From NCBI GenBank assembly GCA_963667465.2, contig CAXXDN010000002.1:576001-640000 (forward strand): DNA of 64,000 nucleotides, written 5' to 3'. Position numbers and translations under genes: made by a program. Shown here one piece after another: positions 49,656-58,231 of this stretch. Source of the stretch: Dehalococcoidia bacterium (lineage in GTDB: Bacteria; Chloroflexota; Dehalococcoidia; UBA2979). The notes under the pieces are model-generated. The model saw only the letters and a list, made by a program, of their open reading frames with translations, was not told the origin of the DNA and did no database searches. Numbering within the stretch: position 1 is the stretch's first letter; each line of letters starts with the position of its first letter.

Positions 49656-51598
49656 ACGCCGGGTTGCTCGCGCGCCTCGAACACGTCCGGGCCGACCGGA
49701 CGCTGCTGATCCTGCTCGGCATCGCCGCCGTGGCGCTCGTGCTACGCGTCGTCGACCTCGATGTGCGGGCCATGCACCACGACGAGTCGCTGCACGCGAA
49801 GTACGCGTGGGATCTCGCGGAGGGCCGCGGCTACGTGCACAACCCGCTGCTGCACGGGCCGTGGCTGTTCCACACCGTGGCCGGCTCCTTCGTGGTCTTC
49901 GGAGACAACGAGGTCGCCTCGCGGCTGCCGATGGCCCTCGCGGGCGCGGCGCTGGTGCTGGCGCCGCTGCTGCTGCGCCGCTGGCTGGGTAACAGCGGGG
50001 TGATCGTGGTGGGGCTGCTGATTGCGTTCTCGCCGGTGCTGCTCTACTACTCGCGGTTCTCGCGCAACGACGTACCGGCGGCGCTCTGGATGCTGTTCCT
50101 GGTCGTCGCGATCTGGCGCTACCGGCACGACGGGCGGGAGCGTTGGCTGGCGCTCGCGGCGGCCGCGATCGCGCTCTCGTTCGCGACGAAGGAGACGGCC
50201 TACCTGTTCTGCGGGCTGGCGCTGCTCTACATCAACGCCGCGCTCACCAGCAGCCTGCTGCAGCAGCTGGGCGGGCCGAGCGGGAAGTACCGGCACGGCT
50301 CAGCGATCGCCTCGTGGATCGTGCTGTTTCCCTTCGCCTGGGTGATCGCCGCCCTCTGGGCGCCGCTCGCCCCGCTGCGCCGCCGGCTCCGCCTGGAAAC
50401 CCTGCCCCGCGAGGGCGACCTGATGGTCGTGGTCGGCACGCTGACGGCCCCGTTCCTCGCCGCCGTGCTGCGGTTCCCCTTCCCCGGCATCGAGACTTCC
50501 GGCTTCGAGCACATTGAAACGGTCCTGATCATCGAGCTGCTCGCGATCAGCACGGTCATCGGCGTGCTCTGGCGCCCGGGGACCTGGCTGCCGATCGCCG
50601 CGCTCGCCTGGCTGATCACGATTCCGTTGTTCACCACCGGCTTCACGAACCAGGACGGCTTCGTCTCCGCGTTCTGGGGCCAGCTCGACTACTGGCTCGA
50701 CCAGCAGGACGTGCAGCGTGGCAAACAGCCGCTCCACTACTACGTGATGATGCTTCCGACCTACGAGTTCCTCGCGCTGGCGCCGGCGCTCATCGGGGGC
50801 GCCTGGCTGCTCTGGCGCGGCGACTCGCTGATGCGGCTGCTGGTCTGGTGGTTCGTCGCGACCTTCGTCCTGCTCTCCTTCGCGGGCGAGAAGATGCCGT
50901 GGCTGAACGTGCACCTCGCCCTGCCGCTCGCGCTGATCGCCGGGTATGCGCTCGGCCGCGCGCTACCGGGGGCGTGGCGCTCGCTGCGGAGCCTGCGCGA
51001 GGACTTCACAGCGCCCGCCGGTGCGGCGCGGCCCGCCCTGCTCTGGGTAGGCGCGGGCGCACTGGGCGCGCTGCTCTCCGCCGCCTCGCTGTGGACGGCA
51101 TTCGGCGTCTCCTACCGCCACCCGGACACCCCCGTCGAGCCGCTGATCTACACCCAGACCTCGCCGCAGGTGCCGCTGCTGGCGCGGGAGATCGCGGAGT
51201 ACGTGCGCGCGCAGCCGCAGCCGACGTCCGTGGTCGTCGACACCACGGCCTCGCTGACCTGGCCCTGGGCCTGGTACCTGCGAGACGTCCCCAACGTCGG
51301 CTACCTCGGGCCCAACGAGATCCGCCAGTACGGGCCCGGCGAGGGCGCGGTCCTGATCAGCGCGAGCAGCACGCTCGGGCCAGGCTGGCTGCTGCGCGAT
51401 CAGTTCGAGGATCCCCGGCCCTACGTCCACCGCTGGTGGTTCCGCGAGGACGGCTACCGCGCGGCAACGCCGGGCGGCGTCCTCGGCAAGCTCGCCAGCG
51501 GCGAGCTGCTGGCGGACTGGGTGAGCTTCGTCGCCTCGCGCACCGAGGAGGACACGCTCGGCGCGCTGCGCGGCGACATCTGGTTCCCGAAACGCTGA
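49652..51598 (+). CDS. TIGR03663 / Agl23-like GT-C (PMT_2-like) membrane glycosyltransferase
   Basis: HHDESLH, Y.HNP.LHGP, YYSRFSRND, KE, GEKMPW, YTQT, WPWAWYLR. Confidence 0.85.
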   Translation: MNAGLLARLEHVRADRTLLILLGIAAVALVLRVVDLDVRAMHHDESLHAKYAWDLAEGRGYVHNPLLHGPWLFHTVAGSFVVFGDNEVASRLPMALAGAALVLAPLLLRRWLGNSGVIVVGLLIAFSPVLLYYSRFSRNDVPAALWMLFLVVAIWRYRHDGRERWLALAAAAIALSFATKETAYLFCGLALLYINAALTSSLLQQLGGPSGKYRHGSAIASWIVLFPFAWVIAALWAPLAPLRRRLRLETLPREGDLMVVVGTLTAPFLAAVLRFPFPGIETSGFEHIETVLIIELLAISTVIGVLWRPGTWLPIAALAWLITIPLFTTGFTNQDGFVSAFWGQLDYWLDQQDVQRGKQPLHYYVMMLPTYEFLALAPALIGGAWLLWRGDSLMRLLVWWFVATFVLLSFAGEKMPWLNVHLALPLALIAGYALGRALPGAWRSLRSLREDFTAPAGAARPALLWVGAGALGALLSAASLWTAFGVSYRHPDTPVEPLIYTQTSPQVPLLAREIAEYVRAQPQPTSVVVDTTASLTWPWAWYLRDVPNVGYLGPNEIRQYGPGEGAVLISASSTLGPGWLLRDQFEDPRPYVHRWWFREDGYRAATPGGVLGKLASGELLADWVSFVASRTEEDTLGALRGDIWFPKR

Positions 51599-51711
51599 CC
51601 GCGCACCGCCCCGGCGTCGCGCCCGACCGCGCGATGCCCGAACATAGAGGCGCACGAGATCTGAAAGGTTCGCGGCACGGGGCCGGTCGAGCCCTCGCGA
51701 GGGAGCGGGAC

Positions 51712-52725
51712 GTGAAGTGGCGACGCTCGCTGATCGGCCTCGCCGTCAGCGCGGTCTTCATCGTGCTGCTACTGCGCCAGGTCAGCGGACTGGAGCTGCG
51801 TGACGCCTTCACCGCGGCTGAGCCGGGCTGGCTCGCCGCCGCGTTCGCGATCTACCTCGGCGCGCTCTGGCTGCGCGGGCTGCGCTGGAAGCTGGTGCTG
51901 CGCGGTGCGACGCCGATCAGCACTGGCGACGCGACGGCGCTGGTGGTGATCGGCTACGCGGCGAACAACGTGCTGCCCGTGCGCGCCGGCGAGCTGGTGC
52001 GCGCGCAGCTGCTGCACGAGCGCCACGGCGCGGACCGCGTCGCCGCGCTCGGCACGATTCTCGTCGAGCGCGTCTTCGACGGCCTGGTTCTTGCGCTCTT
52101 CCTCGCCGGCACGATCGCGCTCGCCGGGGGCAGCGGCGTGCTGCAGCTGCTCGCCGCAGTCACCGGCGCCGCGTTCGTCGCGATCGCCGTCGCGCTGCTG
52201 ATCAGCGGTCCGCGCCTGGCCGACAACCCCGTCTTGGCGCAGCGGCTGCTGCGGCCGCTCCCGGCGCGTCTGCAGCATCTCGTCGCGCCACGCCTCGACC
52301 GCTTCATCGAGGGCCTGACGACGATCCGCGGGATGGGCGCATGGATCGCAATCTTCGCCGTAACGGCCGCCTCCTGGGCGATCGAAGCGGCGATGTACTG
52401 GCTCGCCGGGATCGGGCTCGGCCTCGAGCTCGACCCGCTGCTCTACCTCGGCGTGTGCGGGGCCGCAAACCTTGCGATCGCCGCGCCGAGCACCTCCGGC
52501 GGCATCGGGCCGTTCGAGTTCTTCGCCCGCGAGGTGGCCGTCGTCTTCGGTGCGACCGCCGCGGCAGGCACGGCCTACGCGATCGCGCTGCACGCGCTGC
52601 TGCTGATTCCCGTCGCCGCCCTCGGACTGCTGCTGCTCTGGCAGCGGCACCTCGGCCTGCGGAGCCTCCTCCGCACACCGTCCGAGGAAACCCGGGCCGC
52701 TCCGCCGCTGCGGGGGAGCGGCTAG
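51712..52725 (+). CDS. Lysylphosphatidylglycerol synthase TM-domain / flippase-like protein
   Basis: RW..L, GY.ANNVLP.RAGE..R, ERVFD, PS.SGGIGPFE. Confidence 0.87.
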   Translation: MKWRRSLIGLAVSAVFIVLLLRQVSGLELRDAFTAAEPGWLAAAFAIYLGALWLRGLRWKLVLRGATPISTGDATALVVIGYAANNVLPVRAGELVRAQLLHERHGADRVAALGTILVERVFDGLVLALFLAGTIALAGGSGVLQLLAAVTGAAFVAIAVALLISGPRLADNPVLAQRLLRPLPARLQHLVAPRLDRFIEGLTTIRGMGAWIAIFAVTAASWAIEAAMYWLAGIGLGLELDPLLYLGVCGAANLAIAAPSTSGGIGPFEFFAREVAVVFGATAAAGTAYAIALHALLLIPVAALGLLLLWQRHLGLRSLLRTPSEETRAAPPLRGSG

Positions 52726-54059
52726 TGCGCGCCGTCGTCGTGGGCGGCGGGGTTGGCGGGCTCGCCGCGGCCTGGGAACTGGCGAAGGCGGGTCACGAGG
52801 TCACCCTCGTCGAGGCCGGCCCCGTGCTCGGCGGCCAGGTCCGCACCTTCGAGATCGGCGGTGGCCGGATCGAATCCTTCTACCACCACCTCTTCCGCTC
52901 GGACACGGTGATCGCCGAGATCATCGAGGAGCTGGGGCTGGGCGAGGACCTCGAGTGGGTCGACTCGCGCGTGGGGATGTTCGGCGACGGGCGCGTCTAC
53001 CCGTTCACGAGCGCGGGCGACCTGCTGCGCTTCGACCGCGTCTCGCTGCTCACGCGGCTGCGCCTCGGCCTGACGGCGCTGTGGCTGCGCCGCGTCTCCG
53101 ACTGGAAGCGCTACGAGGGCTTGAAGGCGAAGGACTGGATCACCTCGAAGGTCGGCCGAGAGGGCTACGAGCGCGTCTGGGGCCCGCTGCTGCGCGCCAA
53201 GTTCGGGCGGCACGCCGCAGAAGTCGCGATGGTCTGGTTCTGGGGCAAGATCTACCTGCGCTTCGCCTCGCGACAGGGCGGGCCGCTGGCGAAGGAGCAG
53301 CTCGGCTACCTGCGCGGCTCCTTCGGCCGCATGGTCGACGCCCTCGCCGAGGCGATCCGCGCGCGCGGCGGCGCGGTCCACGCCGGCCGCCCCGTGCAGC
53401 GCATCGTCAGCGAGAACGGCGCCGTGCGCGGCGTCGAGCTCGCGCCGGCCGAGGAGGGCGGGGAGCCGGAGCTCCTCGAGGCCGACACGGTGATCGCGAC
53501 CGTGCACTCGGGCGTGCTGCCGCGCATCGCACCCGATCTGCCGGAGGACTACGTGGCGCAGCTCGGGCAGGTCGAGTACCAGTGGGCGACGGTGCTGCTG
53601 CTGGCGCTGGACCGCCCGCTCTCCGGGATCTACTGGCTGACGATCACGGACGACGACTGCCCCTTCGTGGTGGCGGTCGAGCAGACCAACTTCCGTGACC
53701 CCTCGGAGTACGGCGGGCAGCACATCGTCTACTTCTCCAACTACGCGGATCCTGGCGACCCGGTGGTGGAGGAGGACGTGGAGCAGGTGCTCGATCGCTA
53801 CGAGCCGTACATCCGGCGCATCAACCCGGCCTTCGAGCGCAGCTGGATCAGCGACAAGTGGCTGTTCAAGGATCGCGCCGGCCAGCCGATCGTGCACTGG
53901 CGCTACCACGAGACGATCGCCCCGCACCGTACCGGCATCGAGGGCCTCTACCTCGCGAACAACACCCAGATCTACCCCGAGGATCGCGGCCAGAACTACA
54001 CGCTGCGCATGGGCATCGAGGTCGCCCGCCTCGCGATGGACGACGCCTCGGCGCGTTGA
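52725..54059 (+). CDS. NAD(P)/FAD-dependent oxidoreductase (protoporphyrinogen/amine oxidase-like)
   Basis: VVGGGVGGLAAA, E.FYHH.F, QIYPEDRG.N. Confidence 0.85.
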   Translation: MRAVVVGGGVGGLAAAWELAKAGHEVTLVEAGPVLGGQVRTFEIGGGRIESFYHHLFRSDTVIAEIIEELGLGEDLEWVDSRVGMFGDGRVYPFTSAGDLLRFDRVSLLTRLRLGLTALWLRRVSDWKRYEGLKAKDWITSKVGREGYERVWGPLLRAKFGRHAAEVAMVWFWGKIYLRFASRQGGPLAKEQLGYLRGSFGRMVDALAEAIRARGGAVHAGRPVQRIVSENGAVRGVELAPAEEGGEPELLEADTVIATVHSGVLPRIAPDLPEDYVAQLGQVEYQWATVLLLALDRPLSGIYWLTITDDDCPFVVAVEQTNFRDPSEYGGQHIVYFSNYADPGDPVVEEDVEQVLDRYEPYIRRINPAFERSWISDKWLFKDRAGQPIVHWRYHETIAPHRTGIEGLYLANNTQIYPEDRGQNYTLRMGIEVARLAMDDASAR

Positions 54060-54130
54060 CAGCGACGCTGCCTCGTCCGTAGCCTCGAACCGATCGCAAG
54101 GCCCGGCGCACGCGCCGGGAGCGTGCGATG

Positions 54131-54218
54131 CGCCGCTGGGGGAGCCGTCAGGCTGAGATCCGTCCCGAGGACAACCCCAGAACCTGATCTCGGTAATGCG
54201 AGCGTAGGGAACGCGGTG
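54131..54218 (+). promoter_or_regulatory. TPP (thi-box) riboswitch
   Basis: GGGGAGCC..GGCTGAGA...CCCAGAACCTGATCTCGGTAATGCGAGCGTAGGGA upstream of thiamine genes. Confidence 0.93.
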
Positions 54219-54333
54219 ATGACGAAGCTGACCGGCCCCGCGGGGGCCGCCCGCTAGCGTTTTCCGGCAACCTCCCACTCGTGCTCCGAGCCGCGCGGCG
54301 CATCCTCGCATGCTGCAGAGGAGGAGGCGCCGC

Positions 54334-54645
54334 ATGATCGTGGAAATTGAGTGCCTGCCGACCCCGCCGGGCACGGCCGCTGTGGAGTTCGAGCACGTCG
54401 AGCGGGCGATCGCCGTCATCCAGCAGTCCGGCCTCAAGTACGAGGTCGGCGCGCTCGGCTCGACCATCGAGGGTGATCCAGACGAGCTGTGGCCGCTGCT
54501 GCGCAGGGTCCACGAGGCCTGCCTCGAGTCCGGGGCCGACAGCCTGGTCTCGATCATCAAGGTCGGCCAGCGGGCCGTCGCTGACGACGCCCCGTGGATG
54601 GAGGGGCTGACCGCTCCGTTCCGGAACGGTGGGCCCGGCTCGTGA
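54334..54645 (+). CDS. Thiamine-binding protein (YkoF/MTH1187 family)
   Basis: V..AI.VIQQSGLKYEVGALGSTIEG; first gene after the TPP riboswitch. Confidence 0.87.
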   Translation: MIVEIECLPTPPGTAAVEFEHVERAIAVIQQSGLKYEVGALGSTIEGDPDELWPLLRRVHEACLESGADSLVSIIKVGQRAVADDAPWMEGLTAPFRNGGPGS

Positions 54646-55424
54646 CGAGGGCGCTGCGGGCGGCGCAGCACTATCTGCCGGCGGCGCTGTTTCTCGCGGC
54701 GCTGATCGTCGTCTGGGACGTGTGGGTGCGGGTCGCCGGGACGCCGTCCTACCTGCTGCCGCCGCCAGGCTCGTTGCTGGACGCCTTCCTCGACCAGCGG
54801 GGCGTGCTGCCGGGGCACATCCGCACGACGCTGACGGAGGCGCTCCTCGGGCTCGCGCTGGCGGCGCTGCTGGGCGTGACGACGGCGGCGCTGATCGCCA
54901 GCCTGCCGCTGGCGCGGCGCGTGCTCTATCCGCTGCTCGTGGTCAGCCAGAACATCCCGGTGCTGGTGCTCGCGCCGCTGCTCGCGGTCTGGTTCGGCTT
55001 CGGCCTCACCCCGAAGATCGTGATCGTCGTACTGATCGGCTTCTTCCCGATCGCCGTCAACACCGCCGACGGGCTGATGAACGCCGACCGCGAGCTGGTG
55101 GCGCTGGTACGCAGCATGGGCGCGGACCGCCTCAAGGTACTGCGGCTGGTGCTGATCCCCTCGGCGGTGCCCTCGTTCTTCGCGGGGCTGCAGATCGGCG
55201 CCGCCTACGCGGTGATCGCCGCGGTGATCGCCGAGTGGATGGGCGCGAGCTCCGGCCTCGGGCTGTTCATCCTGCGCTCGCAGCGAGCGTTCCGCACGGA
55301 CCAGATCTTCATGGCGGTGGTGCTGATCGCGCTGATCAGCATCGCGCTCTTCGTCTGCGTCCACCTGCTCGCGAGGTATGCGATGCCGTGGCGTCACGCC
55401 GGCGCACCGGCGGAAGGAGCTTGA
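54642..55424 (+). CDS. HMP/thiamine-precursor ABC transporter permease (ThiX-like)
   Basis: LPPP, Q.IP...APL, FFPI, EAA-like SMGA, AEW.G. Confidence 0.88.
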   Translation: MTRALRAAQHYLPAALFLAALIVVWDVWVRVAGTPSYLLPPPGSLLDAFLDQRGVLPGHIRTTLTEALLGLALAALLGVTTAALIASLPLARRVLYPLLVVSQNIPVLVLAPLLAVWFGFGLTPKIVIVVLIGFFPIAVNTADGLMNADRELVALVRSMGADRLKVLRLVLIPSAVPSFFAGLQIGAAYAVIAAVIAEWMGASSGLGLFILRSQRAFRTDQIFMAVVLIALISIALFVCVHLLARYAMPWRHAGAPAEGA

Positions 55425-55425
55425 G

Positions 55426-56406
55426 ATGAGACGACTGCTGTTGCTCGCTGCCGCACTCGGCGCGCTGCTGCTCGCCGCCTGCGGGGGGGGGGAAGAGGCG
55501 CGCCCGGTGACGCTGATGCTGAACTGGACGCCGAACAACCACCACGCCGGCATCTACACCGCGCTGCAGAACGGCTGGTACGAGGAGGAAGGCATCGCGC
55601 TCACGATCATCGAGCCCGCCCCCGCCGGCGCAGACGCCGTCGTCGGGGCCGGCACGGCGCACTTCGGCATCTCCCAGGCGGAGAGCCTGCTGCCCGCCCG
55701 CCTCGGCGGCGCGGACGTAGTCTCGATCGCGGCGCTGCTGCCCTACAACGACTCGAGCCTGATGGCGCTCGCCGAGGAGGGCATCACGCGCCCGAAGGAC
55801 CTCGAGGGCAAGACCTACGGCGGCTGGGGCGGCCTGCTCGAACAGGAGCTGCTCGACACGCTCATTGAGTGTGACGGAGGCGACCCCTCGCTCGTCGAGT
55901 TCGTCGAGGTGGGGAACATTGACTACCTCGGCGGGATGGACCAGGACCGCTTCGACTTCGTCTGGGTGTTCGAGGGCTGGGACGCGCTGCGCGCGAGCCA
56001 GCTCGAGGGTCGCGCGCTGGGCAACATCCTGTTCACCGAGCACACGGACTGCATCCCGGACTGGTACACGCCGATCCTGATCACCAGCCGCCAACTGATC
56101 GAGGACGAGCCGGAGCTCGTGCGCGACTTCCTGAAGGCGACGACGCGCGGCTACGAGCACGCGATCGCGAACCCGGACGAGGCGGCCTCGCTGCTGCTCG
56201 AGGCCGCGCCCGAGCTGGACGAGGCGCTCGTGCGGGCGAGCGCGCAGTACCACGCGACGCGCTACAAGGCGCAGGGCCGCGCCTGGGGCGAGCAGGAGCA
56301 CGCGATCTGGCAGCGCTTCGAGGCGTTCCTGCGCGAGGCGGGGCTGAGCGACGCGCCGGTCGACGTGGGCGCCGCGTTCACGAACGACTTCCTGCCGGAG
56401 CCGTAA
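55426..56406 (+). CDS. HMP/thiamine-precursor ABC substrate-binding lipoprotein (ThiY/NMT1-like)
   Basis: Lipobox LAAC, L.WTPN..HAG.Y, PD.YTP, AFTNDFL. Confidence 0.9.
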   Translation: MRRLLLLAAALGALLLAACGGGEEARPVTLMLNWTPNNHHAGIYTALQNGWYEEEGIALTIIEPAPAGADAVVGAGTAHFGISQAESLLPARLGGADVVSIAALLPYNDSSLMALAEEGITRPKDLEGKTYGGWGGLLEQELLDTLIECDGGDPSLVEFVEVGNIDYLGGMDQDRFDFVWVFEGWDALRASQLEGRALGNILFTEHTDCIPDWYTPILITSRQLIEDEPELVRDFLKATTRGYEHAIANPDEAASLLLEAAPELDEALVRASAQYHATRYKAQGRAWGEQEHAIWQRFEAFLREAGLSDAPVDVGAAFTNDFLPEP

Positions 56407-56430
56407 CGAGGACGGGCCGGAGCGCCGGCG

Positions 56431-57207
56431 GTGAGCGCGATCGGGGAGCCCGCGCTGCAGCTGCGGTCGCTGGGGCACGACTACCCCGGCGACCCGCCCG
56501 TGGCCGCCCTCGATGAGATCGACATCGAGGCGGCGCGAGGCGCGTTCGTCAGCCTGCTCGGGCCGAGCGGCTGCGGGAAGAGCACGATCCTGCAGGTGCT
56601 CGCCGGGCTCCTCGTACCCTCGCGCGGCGAGGCCGTCGTCGCCGGTGTCAGCACGATCGGCGAGCCGGGACTGACCGCCTACATGCCGCAGCGCGACCTG
56701 CTGCTGCCGTGGCGGCGCGTCGACGGCAACGCGACGCTCGGCGCGGAGGTCACGGGCGTCGCACGCGAGGAGGCGCGGGCGCGGGCGCGCGCGCTGTACG
56801 GGCGCTTCGGCCTCGAGGGGTTCGAGCGTGCCTGGCCGGCGCAGCTCTCGGGCGGGATGCGGCAACGCCTCGCGCTGCTGCGCACCTTCCTGATGCCGCG
56901 CGAGACGCTGCTGCTGGACGAGCCGTTCGGCGCGCTCGACGCGCACACGCGGCGCGGCATGCAGGGCTGGCTGCAGGACGTCTGGGGCCGCGACGGCCGC
57001 ACGGTCTTGCTGGTGACGCACGACGTCGATGAGGCGCTGCTGCTCTCCGACGTCGTCTACGTGATGTCGCCACGCCCCGGCCGCATCGTCGAGCGCATCA
57101 TGGTGCCGCTACCGCGCCCGCGCCGCAGCGCCGACGTGACCGCCGGGGTCTTCGTCTCGCTGAAGGCGCGCGTGCTCGCGGCGCTGGAGGGGGCGGACGG
57201 GGCGTGA
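56431..57207 (+). CDS. ABC transporter ATP-binding protein (ThiZ-like)
   Basis: GPSGCGKST, LSGGMRQR, DEPFGALD, VTHDVDEA. Confidence 0.9.
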   Translation: MSAIGEPALQLRSLGHDYPGDPPVAALDEIDIEAARGAFVSLLGPSGCGKSTILQVLAGLLVPSRGEAVVAGVSTIGEPGLTAYMPQRDLLLPWRRVDGNATLGAEVTGVAREEARARARALYGRFGLEGFERAWPAQLSGGMRQRLALLRTFLMPRETLLLDEPFGALDAHTRRGMQGWLQDVWGRDGRTVLLVTHDVDEALLLSDVVYVMSPRPGRIVERIMVPLPRPRRSADVTAGVFVSLKARVLAALEGADGA

Positions 57208-57251
57208 GTTGTCCGGTTGATGCGCGTGCGGAGCAGGTTCAGACTGAGCGA

Positions 57252-57500
57252 ATGAACAGGCGACTCCAGATCAGTATGCCCGACGACGAGCACCAGGCGG
57301 TCGCCGACCTCGCGAGGCGCCGGGGAACAACCATCTCGGCGATCGTGCGCGACAGCCTCCGGCGCACCGTGGCCGAGGGACAGCAGGCGGCGCCGGAGCA
57401 GCGCATCGCCGCGGTGCTGCGCTTCGCGCGCTTCGCCGGGCCGACCGGGGACATCGATCAACTGCTTGCCGAGATCGGGCGGGGTCGCTCGCTCGCGTGA
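57252..57500 (+). CDS. CopG/RHH family antitoxin (orphan)
   Basis: MNRRLQI...ARRRG.TIS..VR..L; C-terminal PTGDIDQLLAEI.RG typical of VapB-like antitoxins. Confidence 0.75.
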   Translation: MNRRLQISMPDDEHQAVADLARRRGTTISAIVRDSLRRTVAEGQQAAPEQRIAAVLRFARFAGPTGDIDQLLAEIGRGRSLA

Positions 57501-57579
57501 TCGAGGTCGGCTCGAACGTGCCCGGGTGACTCGCCGGGGCCGAGCTTCCATCGTGGGTGCGATCCAGCGCATCGCCTGA
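57497..57579 (+). pseudogene. Remnant of a PIN/VapC toxin gene
   Basis: GTGA overlap reads MIEVGSNVPG* (cf. MIxVDSNVP); ends ..IQRIA* in another frame. Confidence 0.5.
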
Positions 57580-57602
57580 GGCCTGCCGCGCGGCCTCGTT
57601 CC

Positions 57603-57631
57603 TTGTTCGGACCATGGCGCGCTCATATAGT
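57603..57631 (+). promoter_or_regulatory. Putative promoter of the nuoEF-like genes
   Basis: TTGTTC-17-TATAGT. Confidence 0.5.
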
Positions 57632-57702
57632 CGGGGCGGCAGCGGAGACGGACAGCGGGGACGGCGCGAGAGGCGCCGCCTCGCGGGTGTGAGGGAGCGA
57701 GC

Positions 57703-58227
57703 GTGCCGCTCGAGACCGAGGCGAAGGCCGCAATCCGCGCGCTGCTCGATGGACTCGTGCCGGGCGACGGCGACCTGCTCGAGGCGCTGCACCGCGTGCA
57801 CCATGCCTACGGCTACATCTCGGGTGAGGCGATGGAGGTGATCGCGCAGCAGCTGCGGCTCACCCCGGCCCACGTCTACGGCGCGACCACCTACTACTCA
57901 GACTTCCGCACCACCCCGCCGCCGCCGGTCTCGCTGGCCTGGTGCTCGGGCCCTGCCTGCCGGCTGCGCAACGCGAACGGCATCCGCGGCGCGATCGAAG
58001 CGGTGCTCGGCTGCGAGCTGGGCGCGGACAGCCCCGACGGCCGCGTCGCCTTCACGCTCGGTCAGTGCATCGGCACCTGCGAGCAGGCGCCGCAGGTCTG
58101 GCTGCAGGGCCGCGTAGTCGGCAAGCTCAACGCCGCGCGCGCCGTCGAACTCGCGCGCTCGCTCGCCGCCGGGGAAGATCCGGAGACGCTCGGCCTGCCC
58201 GAGGGCGAAGCGGCGGGGCAGGACTAG
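57703..58227 (+). CDS. NuoE/HydC-like 2Fe-2S subunit
   Basis: YGYIS, T.YS.F, CSGPAC and CIGTCEQAP cysteine motifs. Confidence 0.9.
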   Translation: MPLETEAKAAIRALLDGLVPGDGDLLEALHRVHHAYGYISGEAMEVIAQQLRLTPAHVYGATTYYSDFRTTPPPPVSLAWCSGPACRLRNANGIRGAIEAVLGCELGADSPDGRVAFTLGQCIGTCEQAPQVWLQGRVVGKLNAARAVELARSLAAGEDPETLGLPEGEAAGQD

Positions 58228-58231
58228 CGCG

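Noticed and set aside
55483-55492. G homopolymer in the thiY-like gene as a phase-variation tract
   Set aside because: In frame and encodes the Gly linker after the lipobox; no evidence of variation
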